Source: an uncultured Eubacteriales bacterium (GTDB lineage: Bacteria > Bacillota > Clostridia > Christensenellales > Borkfalkiaceae). Taken from it: a stretch of 64,000 nt of DNA. Each line of letters opens with the position of its first letter. Positions within the stretch are counted from its first letter, which is position 1. The notes beneath the pieces are model-generated. The model did not search any database, was not told where the DNA came from, and saw only the letters and a program-made list of their open reading frames with translations. The stretch spans positions 10,278 through 74,277 of the forward strand of contig CATZMZ010000008.1 of NCBI GenBank assembly GCA_958421945.1, given 5' to 3'. Below are positions 1-7,280 of the stretch, piece by piece. Made by a program: the position numbers and the translations under genes.

Positions 1-58
1 TTTGCGTACAGTTAAACGCACAAATAAATTGGGGTTTGTATAACTGTTCAATAAAGGA

Positions 59-472
59 TTAAAGAACCATTACCATAGTTCCAATTCCAATAAGTATGCA
101 ACCTATCAACGATTTCGTTGTAAATTGCTCATGTAAGAATACAAAAGCCAAAACCAATGTGATTACAACACTCAATTTGTCAATGGGAACAACCTTTGAT
201 GCATCACCTAACTGTAACGCCTTGTAATAGCATAACCATGAGGCACCCGTTGCCAAACCCGATAGAATTAGAAACAACCAACTCCGTTTGCTTATTTCAG
301 CAATTCCATTTTGTGCATTCGTTAGGAACACCATTACCCAAGCCATAACAACTACAACAACGGTTCTTATTGCAGTTGCAAGATTTGAGTTGACTCCTTC
401 TATGCCGACCTTCGCCAGTATAGAGGTAAGTGCTGCAAATATTGCAGACAGTAATGCGAGTACAAACCACAT
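59..472 (-). CDS. Small EamA/DMT-superfamily membrane transporter (single EamA domain)
   Basis: 137-aa ORF that is almost entirely hydrophobic, with about 4 TM helices and EamA-like sequence. GGAGG lies 8 nt upstream of the ATG. TTGCAA-17-TGtTATATT promoter-like element on the minus strand at 514-542. Confidence 0.7.
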   Translation of the reverse strand: MWFVLALLSAIFAALTSILAKVGIEGVNSNLATAIRTVVVVVMAWVMVFLTNAQNGIAEISKRSWLFLILSGLATGASWLCYYKALQLGDASKVVPIDKLSVVITLVLAFVFLHEQFTTKSLIGCILIGIGTMVMVL

Positions 473-668
473 ACAATATTACCTCCATCAAATTCTTATT
501 TATCGGTAAGTTTAATATAACATAAAAGAGCATATTTTGCAACACTTTTTATTGTTTGGAAACTGTATTTTAAAGAATCACTATAAATTGAACGATTATC
601 CATTAATTAAACGAAAGGGGGCATAAATTGCAAGTTGCGTGATGATATGCCATTACTCCGTAATGGAT

Positions 669-707
669 AAAAAAATGACTGCAATTTTGTATCAAAAACA
701 CAGTCAT
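669..707 (-). terminator. Intrinsic terminator after the tRNA cluster
   Basis: Minus strand: ATGACTG/CAGTCAT 7-bp stem (675-681/701-707) followed by a T7 run (plus-strand A-run 669-675), immediately 3' of tRNA-Tyr. Confidence 0.5.
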
Positions 708-711
708 TTTT

Positions 712-796
712 TGGTGGGAAGGGGTGGATTCGAACCACCGAAGTCACTGACGACAGATTTACAGTCTGTTCCATTTGGCCGCTCTGGAACCTTCCC
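712..796 (-). tRNA. tRNA-Tyr (GTA), class II with long variable arm, CCA encoded
   Basis: Reverse complement reads GGGAAGG...ACAGA-CTGTAAA-TCTGT...GGTTCGAATCC...CCTTCCCACCA. Cloverleaf with anticodon loop CTGTAAA. Confidence 0.9.
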
Positions 797-827
797 GAAT
801 ATTAAGATGTTTTAATTTTGGATTCGA

Positions 828-903
828 TGGAGCTGGTGACTGGAATCGAACCCGCAACCTGCTGATTACAAATCAGCTGCTCTGCCAGTTGAGCTACACC
901 AGC
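828..903 (-). tRNA. tRNA-Thr (TGT)
   Basis: Reverse complement GCTGGTGTAGCTCAACTGG...GCTGA-TTTGTAA-TCAGC...GGTTCGATTCC...CACCAGCTCCA. Confidence 0.9.
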
Positions 904-913
904 AAAGAAAACT

Positions 914-989
914 TGGTGCCTTGGGGCGGAATCGAACCACCGACACAGGGATTTTCAGTCCCTTGCTCTACCGACTGAGCTACCAAGGC
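914..989 (-). tRNA. tRNA-Phe (GAA)
   Basis: Reverse complement GCCTTGGTAGCTCAGTCGG...AGGGA-CTGAAAA-TCCCT...GGTTCGATTCC...CCAAGGCACCA. Confidence 0.9.
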
Positions 990-1038
990 ATACAAGTTTT
1001 TTTGATAAATGCTTGTATTTCTACAAGCATTTATCTTA

Positions 1039-1115
1039 TGGCGACCCGAAGGGGGCTCGAACCCCTGACCTCCAGCGTGACAGGCTGGCGTACTAACCAA
1101 CTGTACTACCGGGCC
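1039..1115 (-). tRNA. tRNA-Asp (GTC)
   Basis: Reverse complement GGCCCGGTAGTACAGTTGGTTAG...CCAGC-CTGTCAC-GCTGG...GGTTCGAGCCC...CGGGTCGCCA. Confidence 0.9.
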
Positions 1116-1130
1116 GTAATATTTTTAGGG

Positions 1131-1207
1131 TGGTGGGCCTTCACGGACTCGAACCGCGGACCAATCGGTTATGAGCCGACCGCTCTAACCAACTGAGCTA
1201 AAGGCCC
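1131..1207 (-). tRNA. tRNA with CAT anticodon: elongator type, most likely tRNA-Ile2 (lysidine), alternatively tRNA-Met
   Basis: Reverse complement GGGCCTTTAGCTCAGTTGGTTAGAGCGGTCGG-CTCATAA-CCGAT...GGTTCGAGTCC...AAGGCCCACCA. It has a G1-C72 pair and lacks the three G-C pairs in the anticodon stem, so it is not an initiator. The acceptor and D arms resemble my recollection of Bacillus tRNA-Ile2. Confidence 0.85.
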
Positions 1208-1251
1208 TAAAAACACTTTGTTGAACGGTTCGAAACGTTCTGTCGTTAATC

Positions 1252-1327
1252 TGGTCGGGGTGAAGAGACTCGAACTCCCGACCCCATGGTCCCAAACCAC
1301 GTGCGCTACCAACTGCGCTACACCCCG
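1252..1327 (-). tRNA. tRNA-Pro (TGG)
   Basis: Reverse complement CGGGGTGTAGCGCAGTTGG...CGTGG-TTTGGGA-CCATG...GAGTTCGAGTCTC...CACCCCGACCA. Confidence 0.9.
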
Positions 1328-1346
1328 TTCCTCACGACGCTTTAAC

Positions 1347-1375
1347 ATATTATAATAAATAGAAAAAAAAGTCAA
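1347..1375 (-). promoter_or_regulatory. Putative sigma-A promoter of the tRNA cluster
   Basis: Minus strand TTGACT (1370-1375), followed by TATAAT at 15-nt spacing or TAATAT at 17-nt spacing, about 20-25 nt upstream of tRNA-Pro. Confidence 0.35.
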
Positions 1376-1437
1376 CAAAAATAAAGGGATTTTTAAAAAT
1401 TTATTTTAATTTTTTTTATTAGCGGATATTTTTGCTT

Positions 1438-1444
1438 TTCGACA
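1438..1444. promoter_or_regulatory. Spo0A-box-like heptamer (TTCGACA = TGTCGAA inverted) upstream of spoIIAA
   Basis: Exact match to the 0A-box core TGTCGAA on the opposite strand, 87 nt upstream of the spoIIAA ATG. It is a single heptamer, so this is weak evidence. Confidence 0.25.
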
Positions 1445-1530
1445 TTATTTTACTAACGTTTACAAAGTTATACGTTATTTTCGGCGGTGGGTATGTTAAT
1501 ATTTTTTCGTTATCATCTTCGGAGGCTTTT

Positions 1531-1839
1531 ATGGATATAAAATACAGAAAATCGAGGGACGCCTTAACGGTTTTCGTTGACGGCGAGTTAGACGAATATT
1601 CCGCCTCTCACGCTAAGGATATTCTCGACAGGCTTCTTCTCGACAACATAAATACAAGTAAGGTTATATTCGATTTGTCGGGGTTGTCGTTTATGGACAG
1701 CACGGGCATAGGACTTTTAATCGGCAGATATAAAAAGCTTAGGCAATTCAACGTCCCGTCTTACATATCGGGCGCGTCCGTTTCTACGGAAAAGGTTATC
1801 GAGCTTGCAGGACTTTATAAAATAATGCCTAAATTTTGA
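1531..1839 (+). CDS. spoIIAA: Anti-sigma F factor antagonist SpoIIAA (STAS domain)
   Basis: Contains the STAS/anti-anti-sigma motif ...DLSGLSFMDSTGIGLLIGRYK.... The start is placed at ATG 1531, which is preceded by GGAGG (1521-1525). The ORF-track start at 1432 adds an implausible 33-aa extension. The gene heads a spoIIAA-AB-sigF operon. Confidence 0.9.
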   Translation: MDIKYRKSRDALTVFVDGELDEYSASHAKDILDRLLLDNINTSKVIFDLSGLSFMDSTGIGLLIGRYKKLRQFNVPSYISGASVSTEKVIELAGLYKIMPKF

Positions 1840-1848
1840 GGTATATAA

Positions 1849-2277
1849 ATGATTAACAATAAAATGAAAATTTCCTTTTTATCATTATCGCAAAACGAAT
1901 CGTTTGCGCGTTCCGTTGCGGGAATGTTCGCACTGTCGCTTAACCCGAGCATCGCGCAGGTGTCGGATATTAAAACAGCCGTCAGCGAAGCGGTTACTAA
2001 TTGCATAGTTCACGGTTATCCCGATAAAGTCGGGGATATCGTTATGGAAGCCGAAATAAAAGACGGAGCGGTACATATAAACGTTTTTGACGACGGCGTC
2101 GGGATTGAAAACGTAAACGACGCGTTAGAGCCGTTCTTTACCACCAAAGAGGCGGAAGAGCGTTCAGGCATGGGTTTTACCATAATGCGCACGTTTATGG
2201 ACGACGTTAAGGTTGTTTCCGAAAAAGGAAAGGGCACGAAGGTTTATATGGTTAAAAAAATTAAAGACGACGGTTGA
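1849..2277 (+). CDS. spoIIAB: Anti-sigma F factor / serine protein kinase SpoIIAB
   Basis: 142 aa with LSQNESFARSVAG..., the AVSEAVTNCIVHGY N-box and GMGFTIM G-box of the HATPase-type anti-sigma kinase. SD GAGGT is present. Confidence 0.92.
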   Translation: MINNKMKISFLSLSQNESFARSVAGMFALSLNPSIAQVSDIKTAVSEAVTNCIVHGYPDKVGDIVMEAEIKDGAVHINVFDDGVGIENVNDALEPFFTTKEAEERSGMGFTIMRTFMDDVKVVSEKGKGTKVYMVKKIKDDG

Positions 2278-2280
2278 ATT

Positions 2281-2997
2281 ATGCTCGATAACGAAAAAAC
2301 GCTCGATTACATAAGAAAAGCCAAGAATGGCGACGAAAGCGCGAAAGAGGCGGTTTTTGTGAATAACGCTCCGCTTATTAAAAGCATTATCAAGCGATTT
2401 CGGGGTAAAGGCGTGGAGTACGACGATCTATATCAGATTGCCTGTATAGGTTTTTTGAAAGCAATTAAAAATTACGACGAGAGTTTCGGCGTTAAATTTT
2501 CGACATATACCGTTCCGATGGTTGTGGGAGAAATTAAAAGATATATGCGCGATAACGGTGCGATTAAGGTGTCGAGAACGCTCAAAATCCTTGCAAACAA
2601 AATAAACCGGTTTATCGACGCGTATCAGACGGAGCATAATGATTCGCCCGAAGTGGATACGATTGCAAGGCATTTCGGAATAACCGAGGAAGAGGTTGTC
2701 GTTGCGCTTGACAGTGCCCGTATGCCGCTCTCGATTTTCGATAAGTTCGACGACGAGGACGACGGACAGGAACTACTCGATAAAATCCCGTATGCGGATA
2801 ACGAGGACAAGGTTCTGAACAAAATTCAGCTTACCGAAGCACTCGGAAAACTTAACGAACGGGAAAGAAAAATAATCATTTTAAGATATTACAGAGACAA
2901 AACGCAAAGTGAAATCGCCGAAACGCTCGGTGTGTCGCAGGTTCAGGTTTCACGGCTCGAAAATAAAATCATCGAAAAAATACGGCTAAAATTTTAG
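2281..2997 (+). CDS. sigF: Sporulation sigma factor SigF (SpoIIAC)
   Basis: 238-aa sigma-70 family protein with region 2 (DLYQIACIGFLKAIKNYD, STYTVPMVVGEIKRYMRD) and region 4 (QSEIAETLGVSQVQVSRLE). It is the third gene of the spoIIA operon. Confidence 0.92.
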   Translation: MLDNEKTLDYIRKAKNGDESAKEAVFVNNAPLIKSIIKRFRGKGVEYDDLYQIACIGFLKAIKNYDESFGVKFSTYTVPMVVGEIKRYMRDNGAIKVSRTLKILANKINRFIDAYQTEHNDSPEVDTIARHFGITEEEVVVALDSARMPLSIFDKFDDEDDGQELLDKIPYADNEDKVLNKIQLTEALGKLNERERKIIILRYYRDKTQSEIAETLGVSQVQVSRLENKIIEKIRLKF

Positions 2998-3013
2998 CCG
3001 TGTTTTTTGTTTT
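2983..3013 (+). terminator. Intrinsic terminator of the spoIIA operon
   Basis: Perfect palindrome CGGCTAAAATTTTAGCCG (2983-3000) overlapping the sigF stop codon, followed by TGTTTTTTGTTTT. Confidence 0.7.
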
Positions 3014-3018
3014 CGGCG

Positions 3019-3047
3019 GTATATTAAAATGCTTTTTACCCATATTA
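3019..3047 (+). promoter_or_regulatory. Forespore-type (sigma-G/sigma-F-like) promoter upstream of spoVAC
   Basis: GTATA (3019-3023), 17 nt, then CATATTA (3041-3047). This matches the GHATR-17/18-CATnnTA consensus. The spoVA operon is sigma-G dependent in Bacillus. Confidence 0.45.
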
Positions 3048-3141
3048 TGAACAATGAGAAAAATTCTTCAATACGAATATTTAAGGAATTCCGACCAAAA
3101 AGAGACTTTTGCGCCCGAATTCGTAAAAAACGAGGTAAAAA

Positions 3142-3603
3142 ATGAAAACTTCCGAAGACTGCATAAATAATAATTATTTAAAATACGTTTCGTCCGTTTC
3201 GCCACGTACCAACGAAAAGAAATCGCTTTTTCGTTCGTTCTGGGTTGGCGGCTTTATTTGCTGCATAGGTCAAATCGTCAGATATCTGTTTGAATATGCT
3301 TTCGGTCTATCCGGCGACGAGCTTGCCGCATACGTTTCTATGGTTATGATTTTTTTAGGCGCGCTTCTTACCGGTTTCGGCATTTACGACAGAATAGGCA
3401 AGTACGCCGGCGGCGGTTCGATTGTTCCGATTACGGGTTTTGCAAACTCCGTCGTTTCGCCTGCAATGGAATTTAAAACCGAGGGCTTCGTATACGGCGT
3501 CGCGTCAAAAATGTTCGTTATAGCAGGTCCGATAATCGTATTCGGCGTGGCAGCAAGCGTACTTGTCGGTCTTATTTTTTTTATAGGTTACAGGATTTTT
3601 TAA
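3142..3603 (+). CDS. spoVAC: Stage V sporulation protein AC
   Basis: 153-aa membrane protein with typical SpoVAC sequence (...GGSIVPITGFANSVVSPAMEFKTEGFV...). It is followed by spoVAD and spoVAE. Confidence 0.9.
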   Translation: MKTSEDCINNNYLKYVSSVSPRTNEKKSLFRSFWVGGFICCIGQIVRYLFEYAFGLSGDELAAYVSMVMIFLGALLTGFGIYDRIGKYAGGGSIVPITGFANSVVSPAMEFKTEGFVYGVASKMFVIAGPIIVFGVAASVLVGLIFFIGYRIF

Positions 3604-4589
3604 TGAGAACGATTTTTTTTAATAATAAACCTAAAATCATCGCTACGTCTACGATTGCAGGACCTAAAGAATGCGCGGGCGGTTTAGGCAAATATATTCA
3701 CACAAAGCTTGACGACGATATGTACGGTGAAAAAACTTTTGAAAAAGCCGAAAGCAGAATGTTGTTTACGGCGATTAAAAACAGTATGATTCGTGCCGAC
3801 AAAAACGAAACGGATATTGACGCTATTATTTCGGGCGACCTTCTCGACCAAATAATTTCTTCGACCTTTTCCGCGCGGAATTTCGACACGGGCTATCTCG
3901 GAGTGTATAACGCGTGCGCGACTTTCACCGAAGCTTTAACGCTCGGCGCAACGTTTATCGACGGTAAATATTTGAATAACGTCGTATGTGCCACGAGCAG
4001 TCATTTTTCTTCCGCCGAAAGACAATACAGATTTCCGCTCGAACTCGGTTGTACTAGGCCGCCGCAGTCGCAGTGGACGGTCACGGGCGCGGGGTCGTGC
4101 GTTTTATCGTTATCGGGTTCAGGCCCGTCAATTACCTGTGCAACGGTCGGAAAGATCGTGGATTACGGAGTTACCGACGCAAACAATATGGGGGCTGCAA
4201 TGGCTCCTTGCGCGGCAGAAACGCTTATTACGTTCTTTAATGATACAAAAACAAATCCCGATGATTACGACTTGATTGTAAGCGGCGACCTCGGCACGTT
4301 CGGTTCGCGATTATTAAAAGATTTGGTATGGGAAAAGGGCTTCGATATCGAGAAACAGCACGTTGACTGCGGCGAGCTGATTTATAACATATCGGAAAAC
4401 GAATATCAGGGCGGAAGCGGCGCGGGTTGTTCTTCGGTAGTTTTCGGTTCTTATCTGTACGAAAAATTAACTAAAAAGAAAATAAAGAAAATCATTTTAA
4501 TGGCTACGGGTGCGCTTTTGTCCTCGCTATCCTCGCAACAGGGCGAGAGTATTCCCGGAATTGCGCACGCAGTCTGCATAGAAGCCTGA
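3603..4589 (+). CDS. spoVAD: Stage V sporulation protein AD
   Basis: 328-aa thiolase-fold-like SpoVAD (...YGEKTFEKAESRML..., NACATF...). Its start overlaps the spoVAC stop. Confidence 0.9.
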   Translation: MRTIFFNNKPKIIATSTIAGPKECAGGLGKYIHTKLDDDMYGEKTFEKAESRMLFTAIKNSMIRADKNETDIDAIISGDLLDQIISSTFSARNFDTGYLGVYNACATFTEALTLGATFIDGKYLNNVVCATSSHFSSAERQYRFPLELGCTRPPQSQWTVTGAGSCVLSLSGSGPSITCATVGKIVDYGVTDANNMGAAMAPCAAETLITFFNDTKTNPDDYDLIVSGDLGTFGSRLLKDLVWEKGFDIEKQHVDCGELIYNISENEYQGGSGAGCSSVVFGSYLYEKLTKKKIKKIILMATGALLSSLSSQQGESIPGIAHAVCIEA

Positions 4590-4671
4590 ACTCTCCTTAC
4601 GGAAGACTAAAAACGCGGAAGCTATATCCAGGCTTTCAGCGTTAAATAACGTTTTATAATATGGTGGAATT

Positions 4672-5040
4672 ATGGAAATTTTTTTAACTTATCTGAAAGT
4701 TTTTTTTGTTGGCGGCGCGATTTGCACCGTTGCGCAGCTGTTGATAAACTATACTAAAATAACCGCGGCGAGAATTCTCGTAGCGTTTCTGATTGCGGGC
4801 GTAATTCTTCAAGCGTTCGGCTTGTATCAATATCTCGTGGATTTTGCCGGCGCAGGGGCTACCGTTCCGATAAGCGGCTTCGGCTATCTTTTATCAAAAG
4901 GCGCAATGGAAGGCGCGAAAGAAAGCCTTTTTAAGGCTGTTACGGGCGGAATAACGGCGGCAGGCATGGGGATTACCGCGGCGATTGTTTTCGGATATCT
5001 CGTGTCGTTGATTTTTCGTTCTCGCTCAAAGAAAAATTAA
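4672..5040 (+). CDS. spoVAE: Stage V sporulation protein AE (SpoVAEB type)
   Basis: 122-aa membrane protein, a paralogue of SpoVAC (...GAGATVPISGFGYLLSKGAMEG...). Confidence 0.88.
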   Translation: MEIFLTYLKVFFVGGAICTVAQLLINYTKITAARILVAFLIAGVILQAFGLYQYLVDFAGAGATVPISGFGYLLSKGAMEGAKESLFKAVTGGITAAGMGITAAIVFGYLVSLIFRSRSKKN

Positions 5041-5223
5041 AACGATTCGGACGAAAGGAAAAATCCTAACGGAAATTATTTAATAAACAGCGAATGAAAT
5101 AACTTGCGGACAAATTATAAAAGAGTTATAAAGTAAAACAAAATATCGTAGCAAAAGACGGTTTGCCTAAGGTATAAGCTAATATTTTGGAATAATTATT
5201 TTTTTCTTTAATATTTTATTATT

Positions 5224-5910
5224 ATGATAGAATGCGTCGAAGAAAAAATATATTACGGCAAAAAGGGCGGTAAAAAGTTAAGCAAGAGAAAAAGGGGTCG
5301 GTTTTTAAAGACGGTTGTTTTGCTGCTCGTTATTTTCGGCGCGTTTTATTATTATCGCGAAGTGATAGCTAAAAACGTAATCGAGCTTTGCGCCGACAAA
5401 TGCGCCGCCATAAACGCAAAATGCGTAAACAACGCGATTGTAGTTTCGTTAAACGATAGAATCAGATACGAAGAACTTGTTACCGTCGATAAAAACGGCG
5501 AGGGAAAGATAAATATGCTTTCCGCAAATGCCTTTAAAATGAACGCTGTTTCGAGAGAAATCGTAGACTCTTCGCGTATTATTTTAGAGGAAAACCTTAA
5601 AAACGGCATAGAAGTGCCTTTGTTTGCTTTTTCGGGATTAACGCTGCTTTCGGGTTTCGGTCCTGATACGAGATTTTCGGCGTTATCGGTAAGCGCGGTA
5701 AACTGTGATTTTAAGAGTAGTTTTTCCTCGGTCGGAATCAATCAGACGCTGCATTCCGTTTACGCAGAAATTACGAGCGAAATCAGGATTGATTTCCCGC
5801 TTAACGCCAAATACGAAATTTTTTCTACGAAAATACTGTTATGCGAAGCGGTTCTGGTCGGCGAAGTGCCGGAAATTTACTTAAACGGCGGACTTTTTAA
5901 TAAAAGTTAA
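5224..5910 (+). CDS. yunB: Sporulation protein YunB
   Basis: 228 aa with a basic N-terminus plus one TM helix. The C-terminal ...AVLVGEVPEIYLNGG... resembles the end of Bacillus YunB. No clear SD, so the start is uncertain. Confidence 0.7.
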   Translation: MIECVEEKIYYGKKGGKKLSKRKRGRFLKTVVLLLVIFGAFYYYREVIAKNVIELCADKCAAINAKCVNNAIVVSLNDRIRYEELVTVDKNGEGKINMLSANAFKMNAVSREIVDSSRIILEENLKNGIEVPLFAFSGLTLLSGFGPDTRFSALSVSAVNCDFKSSFSSVGINQTLHSVYAEITSEIRIDFPLNAKYEIFSTKILLCEAVLVGEVPEIYLNGGLFNKS

Positions 5911-5919
5911 AAATCTTGC

Positions 5920-5948
5920 TTGACAATCTTTGCGTTTTGTCTTATACT
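5920..5948 (+). promoter_or_regulatory. Sigma-A promoter of the pheST leader
   Basis: TTGACA (5920-5925), 17 nt, then TATACT (5943-5948). Confidence 0.7.
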
Positions 5949-5954
5949 TTAAAT

Positions 5955-6246
5955 ACAATAATATGTTAAAAGCATTGACGGAGACAGACGCAAAATTTCG
6001 CCGTTCGTCAGAGATAAGACTCGTCGGCTGTAAGGTCTTAAACGGTATTTGCGGTATTCACTCTTTAGCTCTGCGCCGAAAGCCTTTTATTTTCACATAA
6101 ATCAACGCGATTTTTGTGTATGTAAATTGTCGTAAGCGACAGCGGTTAAACCCCGTTATCGGTTTTTGAGGCTTTTGTTTTAAATAAAGGCGAATTAGGT
6201 GGTAACGCGTTTATAACGCCCTATTGTTGGGGCGTTATTTTTTTGG
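5955..6246 (+). promoter_or_regulatory. T-box leader (Phe specifier) with terminator/antiterminator
   Basis: T-box core AATTAGGTGGTAACGCG at 6193-6209. Terminator AACGCCC-TATTGTT-GGGCGTT plus a T-run at 6215-6246. A candidate UUC specifier followed by A lies at 6057-6060 (GGTATTCACTC). The element sits directly upstream of pheS. Confidence 0.85.
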
Positions 6247-6254
6247 AGGTTAAA

Positions 6255-7277
6255 ATGGACAAGTTTGAAGAACTGAAACGAAAGGTTAAAGAGGAGCTGG
6301 ATAAAATCAAATCAATCAGATTTCTCGGTGACCTGAAAGCAAAATTTATAGGTAAAAACGGCGAAATTACCGCGCTTCTCCGCGGTATGAAAGACGTTCC
6401 CAACGATAAGAAAGCCGAATTCGGAAAAAAAATAAACGACTTAAAAACCGAAGTCGAGTTTTCTATTAACCAAAAAGAGGACGAGTTGAAAGAGGAAGAG
6501 CTTAACGCCCGTTACGCAAAAGAAGCCATCGACGTTACTTTACCCGGCAAAAAGCCGCTCGTCGGAAGTCTGCATCCGTTAAATATCGTTAGAAATCAGG
6601 TTATCGACGCGTTCACGGGGCTTGGGTTCGAAGTTTTCGAAGGACCTGAAATTGACAGCGATTATTATTGTTTCCAGGCGCTTAACATCCCCAAAGACCA
6701 TCCCGCACGCGATATGCAGGACACTTTCTATTTTAACGACGGTATTTTGTTAAGACCGCATACCTCTCCGGGACAGGTCAGAACGATGGAAAATAAAAAG
6801 CCGCCGATAAAGATTTTAAGTCCGGGCAGGGTATACCGTGCTGACGACGACGCGTCGCACTCGCCGATGTTCCACCAGATAGAGGGGCTTGTCGTAGATA
6901 AGGGCGTTACGCTTTGCGATCTTAAAGGTCTTTTGGACGATTTCGTTAAAACGGTTTTTGACAGCGATACTAAAACGAGATTCCGCCCGTCTTATTTCCC
7001 GTTTACAGAACCGAGCGTCGAGGTGGACGTTACCTGCTGTAAATGCCATGGCAAAGGTTGCAGTCTTTGCAAGGGGACGGGGTGGATAGAAATTCTCGGT
7101 GCGGGAATAGTCAATAAAAACGTTCTCGAAATGAGCGGCATAGATTCCGAAATTTATTCGGGACTAGCGTTCGGTTGCGGTATAGAACGCATTACTATGA
7201 TTAAATACGGCATTTCGGATATAAGAACGCTGTTTGAAAACAACGTTAAATTCTTAAAACAGTTTGACAGGAGATAA
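6255..7277 (+). CDS. pheS: Phenylalanine--tRNA ligase alpha subunit
   Basis: Strong PheS sequence (HPARDMQDTFY, FRPSYFPFTEPS, EILGAGIV). The start is placed at ATG 6255, 6 nt after GGAGG. The track start at 6243 is a TTG inside the terminator tail. Confidence 0.95.
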   Translation: MDKFEELKRKVKEELDKIKSIRFLGDLKAKFIGKNGEITALLRGMKDVPNDKKAEFGKKINDLKTEVEFSINQKEDELKEEELNARYAKEAIDVTLPGKKPLVGSLHPLNIVRNQVIDAFTGLGFEVFEGPEIDSDYYCFQALNIPKDHPARDMQDTFYFNDGILLRPHTSPGQVRTMENKKPPIKILSPGRVYRADDDASHSPMFHQIEGLVVDKGVTLCDLKGLLDDFVKTVFDSDTKTRFRPSYFPFTEPSVEVDVTCCKCHGKGCSLCKGTGWIEILGAGIVNKNVLEMSGIDSEIYSGLAFGCGIERITMIKYGISDIRTLFENNVKFLKQFDRR

Positions 7278-7280
7278 AAA

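Noticed and set aside
775-1378. Four track ORFs (775-978 +, 894-1100 -, 921-1196 +, 1169-1378 -) of 67-91 aa
   Set aside because: They lie entirely over the six-tRNA cluster. Their translations are just tRNA sequence read in frame (for example ...GGIEPPT..., ...GLEPLTS...), and none has an SD. They are spurious.
1432-1530. N-terminal extensions given by the ORF track (spoIIAA 1432, pheS 6243, small ORF 26328, recombinase 31505, glpA-like 43144, purB 59283)
   Set aside because: In each case an internal ATG has a proper SD at 5-9 nt and matches the family's usual N-terminus. The upstream parts overlap terminators or promoters, or use TTG or GTG starts without an SD.
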